Assembly (NCBI RefSeq): GCF_009914755.1
Contig: NC_060943.1
Direction: 5' to 3' (one strand)
Origin: the human T2T-CHM13v2.0 reference genome, Homo sapiens
DNA length: 64,000 nucleotides
Shown here: positions 1-19,040 of the stretch, in pieces
How positions within the stretch are numbered: the stretch's first letter is position 1
Layout of the letters: every line of letters begins with the position of its first letter
Program-made: the position numbers and the translations under genes
Notes under the pieces: model-generated
Database searches by the model: none
What the model was told of the DNA's origin: nothing
Seen by the model: the letters and a program-made list of their open reading frames with translations, nothing else

Positions 1-140
1 AGAAATCCTACAGGTGAGGCAGACATGTGTAGAAATCCCCCAGGTGAGGAGGACAGTTGTAGAAATCCCCCAAGTGAGGTGGACAGGCATAGAAATCCCC
101 CAGGTGAGGTAGACAGGGACATAGCCCCCAGGTGAGGTGA
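1..140. repeat. 30-bp tandem repeat (minisatellite), about 4.7 copies, truncated by the window start
   Basis: Units begin at 1, 31, 61 and 91 (agaaatcc[t/c][a/c]ca[g/a]gtgagg..gaca...), with a degenerate fifth unit at 121-140. Confidence 0.9.
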
Positions 141-759
141 CCACTTCCTTCCCTTCCTTCCTCCCATCACCAAATGTCCACAGACACCGCCCCCACCCAG
201 GCCAGCATACCAGGTGCTGGAGACTGGCCCAGCTCTCAGTGGCTCCTAATATTTTGGCAGATCAGTTCCAAACAGGTGCATTCTAGAAACTCTGACAGCA
301 GGGCTCACCCCACAGGGCACCGGTGAGGATGGGAACCCAGGAATGTAAGGCCAGCCCTGAGCCTGGACCTAGTCAATGTTCCATAAACGGCAGCCTAGGG
401 ACACTGGGACCAGGCAGCCCAGGAGTGGGAGGGAGGAGTTGGCTCCTGCTGGATCATGGTGGTGGGGCAGGGGTGGGGGATCGGGGGGGTGTTGCAGGAG
501 GAGACGTTTGTTTCATCACTTGTTCATGCAAACCTTCTGAGGCACCCTCGCCATTCAGCTCCCCAGGCCCCCATCCAGCCCACAGCCTCTGCCATCCCTG
601 CCCTACCCTGGGACTTGGACTCTCATTGCCCTGTGAGCCCGGCTGGCTCATTCCCGCTTCCCAGCCAGCAGCCCCTCACCTGCCAGGGCTCCAATAAGCT
701 TTGGCTCTGGAGGGCACCCACACTGCCCCTCCTCCAGCCATCTTTTTTTGGGAGTATAA

Positions 760-1517
<758 letters not shown>

Positions 1518-2104
1518 TGATCTGCACATCTCGGCCTCCCAAAGTGCTGGGATTACAGGCGTGAGCCACCGCACCTGGCCCACCCAGCTAATTTTTATAT
1601 TTTTTGTAAAGCAGGGTCTAGCTATGTTGCCCAGGCTGGCCTCAAACTCCAGGGCTCAAGCGATCCTCCCTCCTGAGCCTCCCCAAGTACCAGGATTACA
1701 GGCATGAGCCACTGCACCCAGCCTTATTTGGTTTTTGTATGGGTCTGCTTTATTTTTCTGGTATTGGTCTTAAGTTCTCCAATTTATCTCCTCCCGTTCC
1801 CCCTTCATTTCTTTCCAATCAAGCTGTTTCTCTCCCTCCCCGTCACTCCCCTGAAACTGATTTCATCAATGTTACCAATGATAGACAATTTCCTTAATTG
1901 AATGTTCTATTTGTGTGCTTGTTTTATTTGATTTACAAGAAGCATTGGACACAGCTCTCTTTTTCTTTCTTTTCTTTTCTTTTCTTTCTTTGAGACGGAA
2001 TCTCCCTCTCTTTCCCAGGCTGAAGTGCAGTGGTGCAATCTTGACTCACTACAACCTCTGCCTCCCAGGTCCAAGCGATTCTCATGCCTCAGCCTCCTGA
2101 GTAG

Positions 2105-2290
<186 letters not shown>

Positions 2291-3487
2291 TGAGGCAGAG
2301 TCAGTGGCGCAATCTCGGCTCACTGCAAGCTCCGTCTCCCGGGTTCACGCCATTCTCCTGCCTCACCCTCCTGAGTAGCTGGGACTACAGCCGCCCGCCA
2401 CCACACCCGGCTAATTTTTGTTGTATTTTTTTAGTAGAGATGGGGTTTCACCGTGTTAGCCAGGATGGTCTCCATCTCCTGACCTCGTGATCCACCCACC
2501 TCGGCCTCCTAAAGTGCTGGGATTATAGGCGTGAGCCACCGTGCCCGGCCCCATGCCCAGCCTCTTTAACAAACATCTTAATTGGCTTTATGATTGCAGG
2601 TGTACTTTGGTTCAGCAACTCCAAGGGCCCACATAACCTGCCTCAGAACTCCGCGTATCTGCCTTCTTCCATCCTGTGGTCCCTCACACCAGATGTGGTG
2701 GGTGGCAGTCCTAACAGCCTCCTGTCCCTGAAACCTGCCAGTACCTCTCACTGCAACTCCGGGAGGCTGGTACAAATGCTCCTATCCCAGGTCAGCCCTG
2801 GACCCGGAGGCCAGAGACAAAAAGACCCCAGCTGGGCTTCCAGCTCCCCAGGGGAAAGTTTGGTGCCGAAAGGAAAATATTTACGTGGTTTGTAAGTTGA
2901 GCTATCCCCCTGCAGAAGTGATTAAAAGGACAGTAAAGATGGAAAGTCCGTGTTGTCGTGATGCGGGCTGTGCCAAGCCACGCAGCAGGCGTGATCCTGG
3001 AGGACTCTTCAGGGAGCTGATGGACGTGACCTGCCGACCCTTTTGTTTTCTGAAATCACCAAACATCTGCTGAGTGAGCTGCTTCCTGGACCCTTTTGGG
3101 AATGTTCCCAGGCTTGGTTGTTGAGGAAACACAGTGCAGGGGTGGAGTGGGTTCTGGAGGCTGCGACTTGGCCAGAGCCGCCTGTGTGCGTGGAGCGGGG
3201 GTGTGGGGGGTGTTTGGATCACCTCCAGGGGTCCTTTTCAGCAGGAACACACGAGTCATTTTTAATCAATCAAAAAGAGGAAAAGAGACAAAATGCATTT
3301 AATGAACACTCCCATACCATGCTGTGATGAAATGCTTTTAAAAGTCACAAGAGGCCGGGTGCGGTGGCTCACGCCTGGAACCCCAGCACTGTGGGAGGCT
3401 GAGGTGGGAGGATCACTTTGAGGACAGGAGTTCGAGACCAGCCTGGGCAACATAGTGAGACCTCATCTCTATGAAAAATAAAAATTA

Positions 3488-3733
<246 letters not shown>

Positions 3734-3798
3734 CTATTTCTCACTCACTGCAACTCAGACCGCCACGCCTCACGCAGATTTATCAGAAAGCATCTGCA

Positions 3799-4163
<365 letters not shown>

Positions 4164-4492
4164 TCACAGGTAAAAAAGCAAGAAGGCCAGGCAGTGGCTC
4201 ACGCCTGTAATCCCAATGCTTTGGGAAGCTGAGTCAGGAGGATCACTTGAGGCCAAGAGTTTGAGACCACTGTGAACAATAGAGGGAGACCCAATCATTA
4301 AAAAATATTTTTAAAATTAGCTGAGTGTGGTGGTGCACACCTGTAGTCCCCGCTACTCAGGAAGCTGAAACAGGAGGATCGCTTCAGCCCAGGAGTTCAA
4401 GGCTGAAGTAAGCTAGGATTGCACCATTGCACTCTGGCCTGAGCAACAGAGTGAGACCCTGTCTCAAAATTAATCAAAAATGGAAAAATAAA

Positions 4493-5816
<1,324 letters not shown>

Positions 5817-6143
5817 GGCAGAGCGTGGTGGTTTACACCTGTAATTCCCAGCACAGGGACTGTCTAGGGGGACTGACCCTACCAGGCCAGGTGATGGTTA
5901 GAGGGCTGAGCTGAGGGGCACCAGCAGGGGGTTCAGACTCACACCCACCCCAGGATGATGTTGATGCAGTCCCCACCCAGGGTCTCAGATGTGGGAACAC
6001 GCCCCTCCTTTAAGTGCTACCTGCCACTATTGGGAGTCTGTGTAAGACTAACACTCCATTCTTTAAAAAGGTAAGCACATGGCTGGGCACGGTGGCCTAC
6101 GCCGGTAATCCCAACACTTTGGGAGGCTGAGGCGGGCGAATCA

Positions 6144-6360
<217 letters not shown>

Positions 6361-6463
6361 TCAAAAAAAAAAAAAAAAAAGAAAAAAAAAGAAATCCTCC
6401 CACCTCAGCCTCCCCCAAAAATTTTTAATATTCAATTTATTAAGCATTTCCATCTAGGAAGTA

Positions 6464-7492
6464 CATTTCCCCAAATATTTAAACATTGTCATGCCACTAA
6501 TAAATCCAACTATACATTAATGAACCAATTTCCTTAAATGGTTAAATGCTGATTGCAAACTTAGTCAAAGTCTTTTTCTTGCCATTGTAGTAAAATATAC
6601 ATGATATTGATCATGTTAACCACTTGGAAGGTACAATTCATTGACATTAAATGCATTCCCAATGTGTGCAATCATCACCACTATCTACATCCCGAATTTT
6701 TTTTTTATCACTCCAGCCCTTGAAACAGTCCCCAGTCCTCTACCCCAGCCCCTGGGAGTCTCGCTTCTACTGTCTGTCTCTAGGAATTTGGCTATTCCCT
6801 GTGGCTCCCATAAGTGCAATCAAGCAATATTTGTCCTCCTCTGCCTGACTGAAATGTGGCTTTTAAATCATCACATGTCTATGAGCAGAACATCAAATTA
6901 ACCACCAAGGCCGGTGTCCCTGGATCTGGATCCCACAGCCCAAAGCCCCGCTGAACAGACAGACCCCACTGACCTGAGCCTGGGGGTCCCCTCCCTCCCT
7001 GCCCTGGATGGGGCTGGGGCCTGGGGTCTGTTTCCCACAAATGAGACAGTTCCTGGGCCACCCCAGCCTCCCTGCCGAGAAGCCCCCCACCTGCTGGGGT
7101 CCCAGCCCACATTCCTGCCTTTTTGGTTAATTGGACTTGATTGGGTTCCAGGGAGTTCTGGAAGTCCCCCTCAGTGATGGCAGAGACCCCTGATGTGCTT
7201 GGGAGGATTAGCTCAGCGACCCACTGACCCCAGGCAATTACGAGCATTGGCTGGGACTCTGAGCTCTCCCTAGGAGGACCCCATAATCATCCTGGGGTGC
7301 CCCTCCTGCAGATCCATGTGGGATTTGGCTGTGCCTGGTGTGTCCTGGCATCCAGCTGGTTCCCAGCACCAGGGACCCGGACCAGCACTCCTCTCTTCTT
7401 GTCCTCTGTGGTTCTTTTTCCTCCTCTCTGTGCTGATGTGGAAGGTTCTGGTTCACATCTGTGTGAAAAATAGTGTTAGTTTTCCTTTGGCT
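6464..7492 (-). repeat. Right arm of the ~1 kb inverted repeat
   Basis: Reverse complement of 4493-5370 plus 5691-5816; roughly 85-90% identity by eye. Confidence 0.93.
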
Positions 7493-7749
7493 GCTAACCT
7501 TACCTAATTACCTCTCTAATAATGACCTTAACTCCAAATACAGTCACATTCTGAAGGACTGTGTTATAACCTTCACGTATGAATTTTGGGGAGACACAGT
7601 TCAGCCCATACTCTTCCCCACTTACAGAGGAGATGATGGAGGCTCAGAGAGGGGAAGTCATTTACCCAGGTCGCACAGCAAAAGGGAGTAGGACAAACAT
7701 CGAACACTTACCGGGTGCCAGGCTCAATTTCAAGGCTGTGTTTGCCTCA

Positions 7750-8197
<448 letters not shown>

Positions 8198-8354
8198 TCA
8201 AGCGATCCTCTCACCTTAGCTTCCCAAAGTGCTGGGATTACAGGTGAGAGCCACTGTGCCCAGCCTTATCCTTCCTTTCTATATTGCCCGTGGTTGCTTT
8301 TGTGCACCAAGGTCAATCCAAAAAATAATTGAGTCAGTGAGACACAGACCATCT

Positions 8355-8885
8355 GGCTTTACTTCCTTGTAGTCACAACTCTGGGGATTCTAAGTCTGGC
8401 CATCCTAGCCCCATGGCCAGGGATGTCAGGAGATGATGGTGGTCATTTTGAGCAGTAGGTTCCCTTGCAAGCCATGGGAGGACACAGGCTGTGTCCAGGA
8501 CACATCCCCTGGAGGCGTGGGTGTGGAGACCATGAGCCGAATTCATTCATTATCTAAAATCAAACTCAATTCTCATGAAGTAGGGACGTCAGCCTTACAG
8601 AGTCGGGCATGTGCCGCCCATTTCCACCTGTGGGTGGAATCCACCACTCCTGTTGACTCTCAGCGGTGCCCGGCTTAGATGATAGATTCTAGGGTCTCTG
8701 CTGTTGGAGGTCAAGACTGTGATGTAATGAAGTATTTTTTTCAATGTGTGTCCTGTGGCAGTGCCCAATTCAGAAAACATAGAGCAGGATTTTAGTTCCA
8801 AATGAATCAAGTTTTATATGTTAAGACATCGCTTGTTAATCTTGCACATAACATCTATCATATTCATATGCTGCCTAGTCTTGGG
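8355..8885 (+). repeat. Dispersed inverted duplicate (copy A) of HAUS8 intron-2 sequence
   Basis: Colinear with the reverse complement of 32990-34108 once the Alus there are removed, e.g. ggctttacttccttgtagtcaca, ggtggtcattttgagcagt, tagagcaggatttta, acatcgc.tgttaatct.gca.ataaca. Confidence 0.85.
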
Positions 8886-10102
8886 TTTTTGTTTTTTTTT
8901 TAATCTGAGTCTCACTCCGTCACCCAGGCTGGAGTGGCAGTGGTGTGATCTTGGCTCACTACAATCTCTGCTTCCTGTGATCAAGTGATTCTCCTGCCTC
9001 AGCCTCCAAAGTAGCTGGCACTACAGGCACGTGTCACCACGCCCAGCTAATTTTTGTATTTTTAGTAGACAGAGGGTTTCACCATGTTGGTCAGGCTGTT
9101 CTCAAACTCCAAACCTCAAATGATCTGCCCGCCTTGGCCTCTCAAAGTGCTGGGATTACAGGCATGAGCCACCGTGCCTGGCCCAAAGACATCCTCTTTT
9201 ATCTGCTCATGTGGATTTAATGATATCCCCTTGGGGTATAATAAAAACTTCTTTGGTCTTTGTCCACAGTTCCTGGCACGTAACTCCTAAATCCCTAGAA
9301 TGGACATTCATTCATAGGATGAACGAAGGTGTTAAGATGAGACAGCACTATGGGCCAGGCACGGTGGCTCGCAACACTTTAGGAGGCTGAGGTAGGCAGG
9401 TCAGTTGAGGCCAGGAGTTGGAAAGCAGCCTGGCCAATATGGTGAAACCCCATCTCTACTAAAAATACAAAAATTAGTTGGGTGCAGTGGTGCACACCTG
9501 TAGTCCCAGCTACTTGGGAGGCTGAGGCAGGAGAATTGCTCGAACCCAGGAGGCAGCAGAGGTTGCGGTGAGCCGAGATCATGTCACTGCACTCCAGGCT
9601 GGGCGACAGAGCAAGATTCTGTCTCAAAATTAAAAAAAAAAAAACAAACAGCACTATGGAAGCGTTGGCTGAACTGAAGCAACTGCGTGGGGTCCCTCAA
9701 TATTAAAGGGCTCCAGACAAGTCTGCTGTATTTGCCCCAGTTTGCAGAAATTTTAAAAGCTGAAGGCAGACACTACAACATGAAACCCAACCTGGACTCA
9801 CTGGGGACAACCAGGCAGATTCGTCGCACTCCAGGCCAGAAGACAGAGCAAGCCCTGTCTAAAACCAAACAAAGACAAACCAGGCAACAAAACCCACACC
9901 TCCAGCAATACGAATTGGAAATGTGACCTGGGGATCAGTAAGTTCCCAAAGCCCACACCGCGTGGGGTGGAAGCTGGAGAGCTGGTTGGAGGAAAATGTT
10001 CTGGGCCAAAGTCCCAGTGGAGCACAGATGGGGTTTATGGCAAGAGCCTGAGCATCTCCCAGTGACAACTACCGAGACTGGAACTGAAATATGTCCCCTC
10101 CA

Positions 10103-10491
10103 GTCGAGGTGCGGGATGCCGGGACCCAGTGGTGGACGTCCTGGAGGGCGGGACCCAGGGTTCCCTGGTGGAGGTGTGGAAGGACGAGACCCTGCAGTCT
10201 CTCAAGCTGCCAGCGAGATGGGGACCCAGAGACCTCCCGAAGCTGCCAGCAAGGCAGGGACCCAGCAGTTTCTCAAGGCTGCCTGGGACCCAGTTGCCAG
10301 ATTACGAAGGCATCTCAGGCCCTGGAGCCAGAGCCAGTCGGGTTAAAGTGGAAGCTCCCTACTTCAGCCCCAGAAGCTGGGGCCAGGGGAAGGATGATGT
10401 GGATTGTTCTTGTTTTACCCCTTCTGTTGAATGTTTACAGACACAAACTTGAGTTCCAATAAAGAATTGCATTTCCCTAAAAAAGTAAATA
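10103..10491 (+). pseudogene. 5'-truncated processed pseudogene (retrocopy) of KHDC3L (ECAT1/C6orf221/FILIA homolog)
   Basis: Across two frameshifts it translates to VEVRDAGTQW-VDVLEGGTQGSLVEVWKDETLQSL-QAASEMGTQRPPEAASKAGTQQFLKAAWDPVARL. This matches the recalled KHDC3L C-terminus (VEVREAGTQRSVEVQEVGTQGSPVEVQEAGTQQSLQAANKSGTQRSPEAASKAVTQRFREDARDPVTRL*). It is followed by 3'UTR-like sequence, AATAAA at 10458-10463, an A-rich tail at 10479-10493 and degenerate TSDs at 10087-10103 / 10492-10508. Confidence 0.85.
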
Positions 10492-10699
10492 AAGTATGTC
10501 CACTCGAGGGACAATTCTTAACTTGCTGTCCCAAAACCACCCTTGTGACTGAAGGACATGAAATCATCTTGAAAGTGGGATACTGGGCATGTCGTGGAGG
10601 CCCGGAATTTCAGGACCAGTCATCCAGAAGAACTTGAGAAAACACAGGTCTTCCAACTGGCCCCTTCATAGAAAACGGAGGCTTCAATTGCAAAACAGG

Positions 10700-10713
10700 T
10701 TTACTTTTTTATC
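10700..10713 (-). terminator. HAUS8: Candidate non-canonical polyadenylation signals of HAUS8 (AGTAAA 10700-10705, GATAAA 10708-10713)
   Basis: Minus-strand hexamer variants about 85-95 nt after the stop; no minus-strand AATAAA seen nearby. Confidence 0.5.
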
Positions 10714-10794
10714 AAACAAGATTATCACATAAAAAATAGCTACAGTGCTACGGTAGTATATAAAGTGCTCAAGTATCCTGAATGTAACCATGAG

Positions 10795-11098
10795 TCATGA
10801 CAAGTCCCTCCCTGAACGAGAGAGAGAGGGCGGGACTTCTGCCTGGCTGCTTGAAGAAAAATCTTCGCTTGGGCTGATGAACGTGGCCTGAGCGGGGGCT
10901 GACGAGGCACCCGGGTTGTCGTCCTCAGACAGGGGCGTGTTCTTGGGTGCTCCCCCAGATTCTCTGCAGGCACTGTCTTGATTGAAATACCACCGGCTGG
11001 GGGGCGCCATGCCCTGGGTCTCTTCCCAGACTTCCTGGTTTGCCAAGGCTGCCTCTTTGCTTGCCTCTGCGGAGAGTTCCAGCACCTGGGCAAAGCTC
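10795..11098 (-). CDS. HAUS8: HAUS8 coding exon 11 (last), ..RSFAQVLELSAE...SRSGRDLS*
   Basis: Acceptor AG at 11100-11099, TGA at 10797-10795; phase matches exon 10. Confidence 0.96.
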
Positions 11099-11531
11099 CT
11101 GTTGAGGATGGGAGAAAGAATAACGGCTTTCACCCTCTGAGGTGAAGCGCATGTGTGTGGTGAACGGAGGGCTGCCACACGGGGAGGCGGATTTTCACAT
11201 GCCCCACGTGCTCAGTGGGAAAGGGCCAGCAAATAAGATCCGTCTGAAAAGACTCAATCAGGGAAACCCCCCAAGAACAGCACCAGACATGAAAGGAAAG
11301 ATTCATCCAAGAAATGTTCATGGAGCTCAGTGCTGTGCTGCTGCTGTGGTGGGAGTATCTGTCCCCTCCAAAACTCCCATTAAAAATTAATCCCCTGGCC
11401 AGGTAAAGTGGGATTGAAGTGCTGTAATCCCAGAACTTTGGGAGGCCGAGGCAGACAGATGGCTTGAGGCCAGGAGTTCGAGACCAGCCTGGGCAACATG
11501 GCAAAACCACGTCTATACAAAAATTTTTTTA

Positions 11532-12028
<497 letters not shown>

Positions 12029-13754
12029 TTAAGAGGTAACTGGGTTCATGAACATTCTGCCGTTCATGGATGAATGAGTTATCCTGGGAGTGGGACTGTG
12101 GCTTTATAACCCTTTGATGTCTCCTGAATTGATCCATGGCCACCCACAGGAGAAAGAAATGCCACAGTGGGTGGCTGGCTGTTTTGCATAAGTCCTTTTC
12201 CAATATTTTAAGCAACTCAGGAAAAAGATTTAGCATTGTAAAAAAGAGAAAAGATACTCTACTGGAAGAGGTGGAGAAAAGCGCGTGGTTAGAAATCTCC
12301 TGGGGGAGGTTAAAAAAAAAGCGGGGGGAGATCTTGATGGGTTTTGGGGGTCTGGACGCACAAGGATATGTGCTCTGTGCAAGCCACTGCACAGTCCTTT
12401 AAGATCTGGGCCATTTCTATCAATCAGAAGTTCAAAAAACATCCTCCTGGGACCTTACCCTGGAAGGCATTGAAAACACCAACAGGGCTGATGTGAGGGC
12501 GCCTGTGCTGCTGGGTTACTCTGAGGATGTGAATGATAGGTGACACCCTTTCTCTTCCAGCTGCTTGAGAACTTCCATAGATTTTTTTTTTTTTTTTTTT
12601 TTTTTCCTGAGACAGGGTCTCACTCTACTGCTCAGGTTGTAATGCAGTGGCACGACCACAGCTCATTACAGCCTTGACCTCCCCAGGCTCAGATGATTCT
12701 CCCACCTCTGCTTCCTGAGTAGCTGAGACCACAGGCATGCACCAGTGTGCCTGGCTAATTTTTGTGTTTTTTAAATAGAGAGGCCCGGCATGGTGGCTCA
12801 CGCTTGTAATCCCAGCACTTTGGGGGGCTGAGGTGGGCAGATCACTTGAGGTCAGGAGTTCAAGACCAGCCTGACCAACAAGGTGAAACACTGTCTCTAC
12901 TAAAAATACAAAATTAGCCGGGCGTGGTGGTGTGCACCTGTAATCCCAGTTAGTTCGGAGGCTGAGGCAGGAGAATTGCTTGAACCCAGGAGGTGGAGGT
13001 TGCAGTGAGCCAAAATCATGACATTGCACTTAAGCCTGAGCAACTCTGTCTCAAAATAAATAAATAAATAAATAAATAGAAACAAGGTCTCACCATGTTG
13101 CCCAGGCTGGTCTTGAACTCTTGGCCTAAAGTGATTCTCCCACCTCGGCCTCCCAAAGTGCTGGGATGACAGGCGTGAGCCACTGCGCCTGGCCCTTCCA
13201 TGGATTTTTCTGAGCTCTTTTGTTCTCTCTTCCCCCTGCTCTGCTTGAGTCTTATACTCTGTGAATCTAGGACACGTCTTATAGCATATTTGATCCTCAC
13301 TTCACCTAGAGTCCCCATTAGCTCAAAAATGACTGAGAAGTAGGCTAGAAAAGGGAAATTAGCTGGGCATGGTGGCGCACACCTGCAGTCCCAGCTACTG
13401 AAGAGGCTGAGGTGGGAGGATCACTTGAGCCCAGCAATTTGAGGTTGCAGTGAGCTGAGATCTGCCACTGCACTCCAGCCTGGGCGACAGAGTGAGAACC
13501 TGTCTCAAAAAAAAAAGAAAGGGAAGGCAAGGCGGGTGCTTTTGGATGGAGATTTTGTTATCCACAATACAGATGACAATGACACCTGCTGGCCATTCTT
13601 GTATCATGCAGCGTCTGGGAAAAGAGCAGCTCGCTCAGGGGACTGAACCTCCTCTGAACTCCTAGAGGAACTCGGCACCACCCCAACAGTGCAGCCACCA
13701 ACAGCCCTGAGCAAACAGGGTGCCACCTCTTTCTTAAAGCATTTTCCGAGGTAC

Positions 13755-13896
13755 CTTCGGAGCTCAAGGTCCTTTTTCGCTGTCACGTCCTTGAGTTCGC
13801 TCAGTAAGTCCAGCACCTGCACATTTTCTTCCGAATCACCAACATCAAGTTCTCCCAGGAGGCGCTGAGTGGTCACCAGTTCATGCTGCAGGGCGT
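13755..13896 (-). CDS. HAUS8: HAUS8 exon 10 (DALQHELV...KDLELR)
   Basis: 142 nt, AG/GT boundaries, phases consistent. Confidence 0.96.
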
Positions 13897-14422
13897 CTGG
13901 AGGGGAAGAGGGATGGTGGGCGATGGATGGCAAGGTGCCCCACGCAAGGCACACACAAGTGGAGCGGCCGACAGACTTCTGTCATGATGCTCGGCTATCG
14001 CGCTGGAACCGTGGAGAGCGCACAGGGAAGAAGCAGAAGCCAAGGAAGACATTCGTCCCTTATCCATCCCGTGCTCTGAGATTGTGGGACAGGCACATCC
14101 ATCTATCCAGGAGGGCATTGGACCAGAACTGAAATGTCACTCTGGTGTCCTCAACAGAAACCAATGCAAATGTGAAAAGGGCTGTGCTGTGCCAGGGAGA
14201 ATGCCTGAGGCCTCCAAGCCAGACCATGAGCAACTGAAAAACAGTCCTTGTTGCCTGCACCACTGAGCAGAAGGATGCCTGCAACTGCGGGACCTGTGTC
14301 ACCTGCACTAGGACAACACGCCTCTCTACCCTGACATACATCACATCAAGGCCAGTCGTACATGAGAGTCACATTTTGGGAGCCTTTTAAGTGCCGTATC
14401 AGCCAGCCTCTTCTCCCTCCGG

Positions 14423-15192
<770 letters not shown>

Positions 15193-15569
15193 CGATCCCT
15201 AGGCCGTTCCCAGGAACTACCTAAGGAACTGAGCAGAGACTGAGTGTTTTCTAAGAGTTACAGATGTGGAGGTGACCGCAGTCATAAAATCAGAAACCCG
15301 GCCGGGCAGGGGGCTCACACCTATTCAGGAACCCAGTGCTTTGGGAGGCCAAGGTAGGAGATCACTTGAGCCCAGCAGTTCTAGATCAGCCTGGGCAACA
15401 TAGCCACACCTCGTCTCTACAAAAAAAAATATAATAATTAGCCAGGTGCGCCAGGAGCAGTGGCTCATGCCTGTAATCCCAGCACTTTGGGAGGGCAAGG
15501 CGGGCAGATCACCTGAGGTCGGGAGTTTAAGACCAGCCTGACCAACATGGAGAAACCCCGTCTCTACTA

Positions 15570-15728
<159 letters not shown>

Positions 15729-15888
15729 TCAAAAATAAATTAGCCAGGTGCAGTGGTGGATGCCTGAAGCACTAGGGAGGCTACTACTCAGGAAGCTGAG
15801 GTGGGAGGATCTGAGTAGAGCCTGAGAAGTTGAAGGCTGCAGTGAGCTATAATTGCACTACTGTACTCCAGGCTGGGTGACTACGCTA

Positions 15889-16158
<270 letters not shown>

Positions 16159-16165
16159 CTACTCA

Positions 16166-16378
<213 letters not shown>

Positions 16379-16791
16379 TCACACTTGCCAAAGTCTTCAA
16401 GTTAGGGATTAGGTGGGAACCCTATGCCTGAAAGGGACCTCACTGCTCTGCTGAGGGGGAAAGCTGGGGTGGGGCTGGTGGTCTTGTCACCCCCCAACCA
16501 CTACGGCATATTTGTTGGGAGCAGGACTCAGGAGACTACAGGTCGTCCCCGCAAAATGCCTTTCGGCAGGACAGATCACTGTGAATCCCACTGCCCAAGG
16601 TTCAAATCCCAGTGTGGTTACTTACTCAGGGCGAGACCCTTGGAGGAACCACAGCCTGGCCAGCCCTCCCCATCCTCTGCCTTAGTTGGGGAAGAGGGCA
16701 CTTGCGGTGATGACATCAGGCCCACAGGAAGCACCCACACACGCTCCTCGCCCCGCCTGCTGCACACGCACTGGGACGCCCCGTTTCCTAC

Positions 16792-16933
16792 CTAAGAGCT
16801 GCTGCCCATCTCCCTCCAGGTGGATGGACCTCACGGGCAGCTCGTGCCTGGTAGTGTCCAGGGCCGTGGCGAATGTCCTGTATTGCTCCTTGAAGCGTGT
16901 GGCCACTGCCTCGAAGGGGCTGAGCATCTCGAT
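16792..16933 (-). CDS. HAUS8: HAUS8 exon 9 (IEMLSPFEAV...GDGQQLL)
   Basis: 142 nt, cag|ATC ... TTAG|gtagg. Confidence 0.96.
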
Positions 16934-17300
16934 CTGTAAGCAGAAGGGATAATCAGGGGAGACCCTGGAGTCCCCTCTCTGGAAACTTAACAGAAGCTTA
17001 ACGGCTTGTGCAGGGTTGATACAGCGCTGTTCTTCACCACCCCCCAGGGAATCAGAGCTCAGGAAGTTTCCGAGGGTGTGGTGAGCTCTTCCCAAGAGAG
17101 CCAAGTGGATGGCAAGGCGGCCCAGGCCCCTTACTGAGAACATGTGTCTGCCAGCGGTTCTAGGCTTGGGCCCTCAGCTGAGCCCACCTGCTTTAGAGTA
17201 CTGCGCCTAAACGCCTGCCTTCCACAAGGCCATCCCCGGCATGGCCCACTCCCACCCCAAACATGCTGTCTGGGTCTTCATGGGGGTTTGAAATGATATA

Positions 17301-18529
<1,229 letters not shown>

Positions 18530-18631
18530 GGTTTGTCTCTTTTTCTTCCATTTTGAGCTCCCTAAAGTCAGAGACCTTGTACTCAAGCCCAGGGTCTAGC
18601 TGCAGGGGTGCTCACATGAAAATTTTGGATG

Positions 18632-19040
18632 TTAGGGGTTGAGCTGTATCCCCCCAAATTCATACCTGATGATCCAACTCCCAGTACCTTGGAATGTGCC
18701 CTTATTTGAAAAGAGGGACTTTATCAGGGTCATCAAGTTAACATGAGGTGATAGGGGGGTTGTAGGGGGGATGCTAATCCAACACGACTGGTGTCTTGTG
18801 GGGAAAGGGGGACACAGACACACACAGCAGGGAGGACATGTGAACACAGAGAAGACAACCATTCACAGGCCAAAGACAGGGCCAGGAGAGATTCTCCCTC
18901 GCAGCCCTCAGACAGGGCCAACCACCAACACCTCAATCTCGGACTTTCAGCTTCCTGAACCGTAAGAGAATGAATTCCAGTTGTTTTGCCCACCCAGGTT
19001 GTGGGACTCTGTCCCAGCAACCACAGGAAACTCACCCACT
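18632..19040 (+). mobile_element. MLT1 LTR
   Basis: tgttaggggttgagctgtatccccccaaattcat...gaatgtgcccttatttgaaaagagggactt...ggactttcagcttcctgaaccgtaagag. Confidence 0.7.

Noticed and set aside
1-140. Regularly spaced repeat as a CRISPR-like array
   Set aside because: Eukaryotic DNA; contiguous tandem units without unique spacers.
9970-10015. KLESWLEENVLG, resembling the KH-like domain segment LEVWLVEKIFG of KHDC3L
   Set aside because: Short match lying outside the TSD-bounded retrocopy, with no flanking similarity; gaaaatgttctgg is also a common L1M 3' motif. Treated as chance unless BLAST extends it.
9996-10462. Three overlapping ORFs of more than 100 aa as a possible novel gene
   Set aside because: Explained by the frameshifted retrocopy; no single frame carries the full homology.
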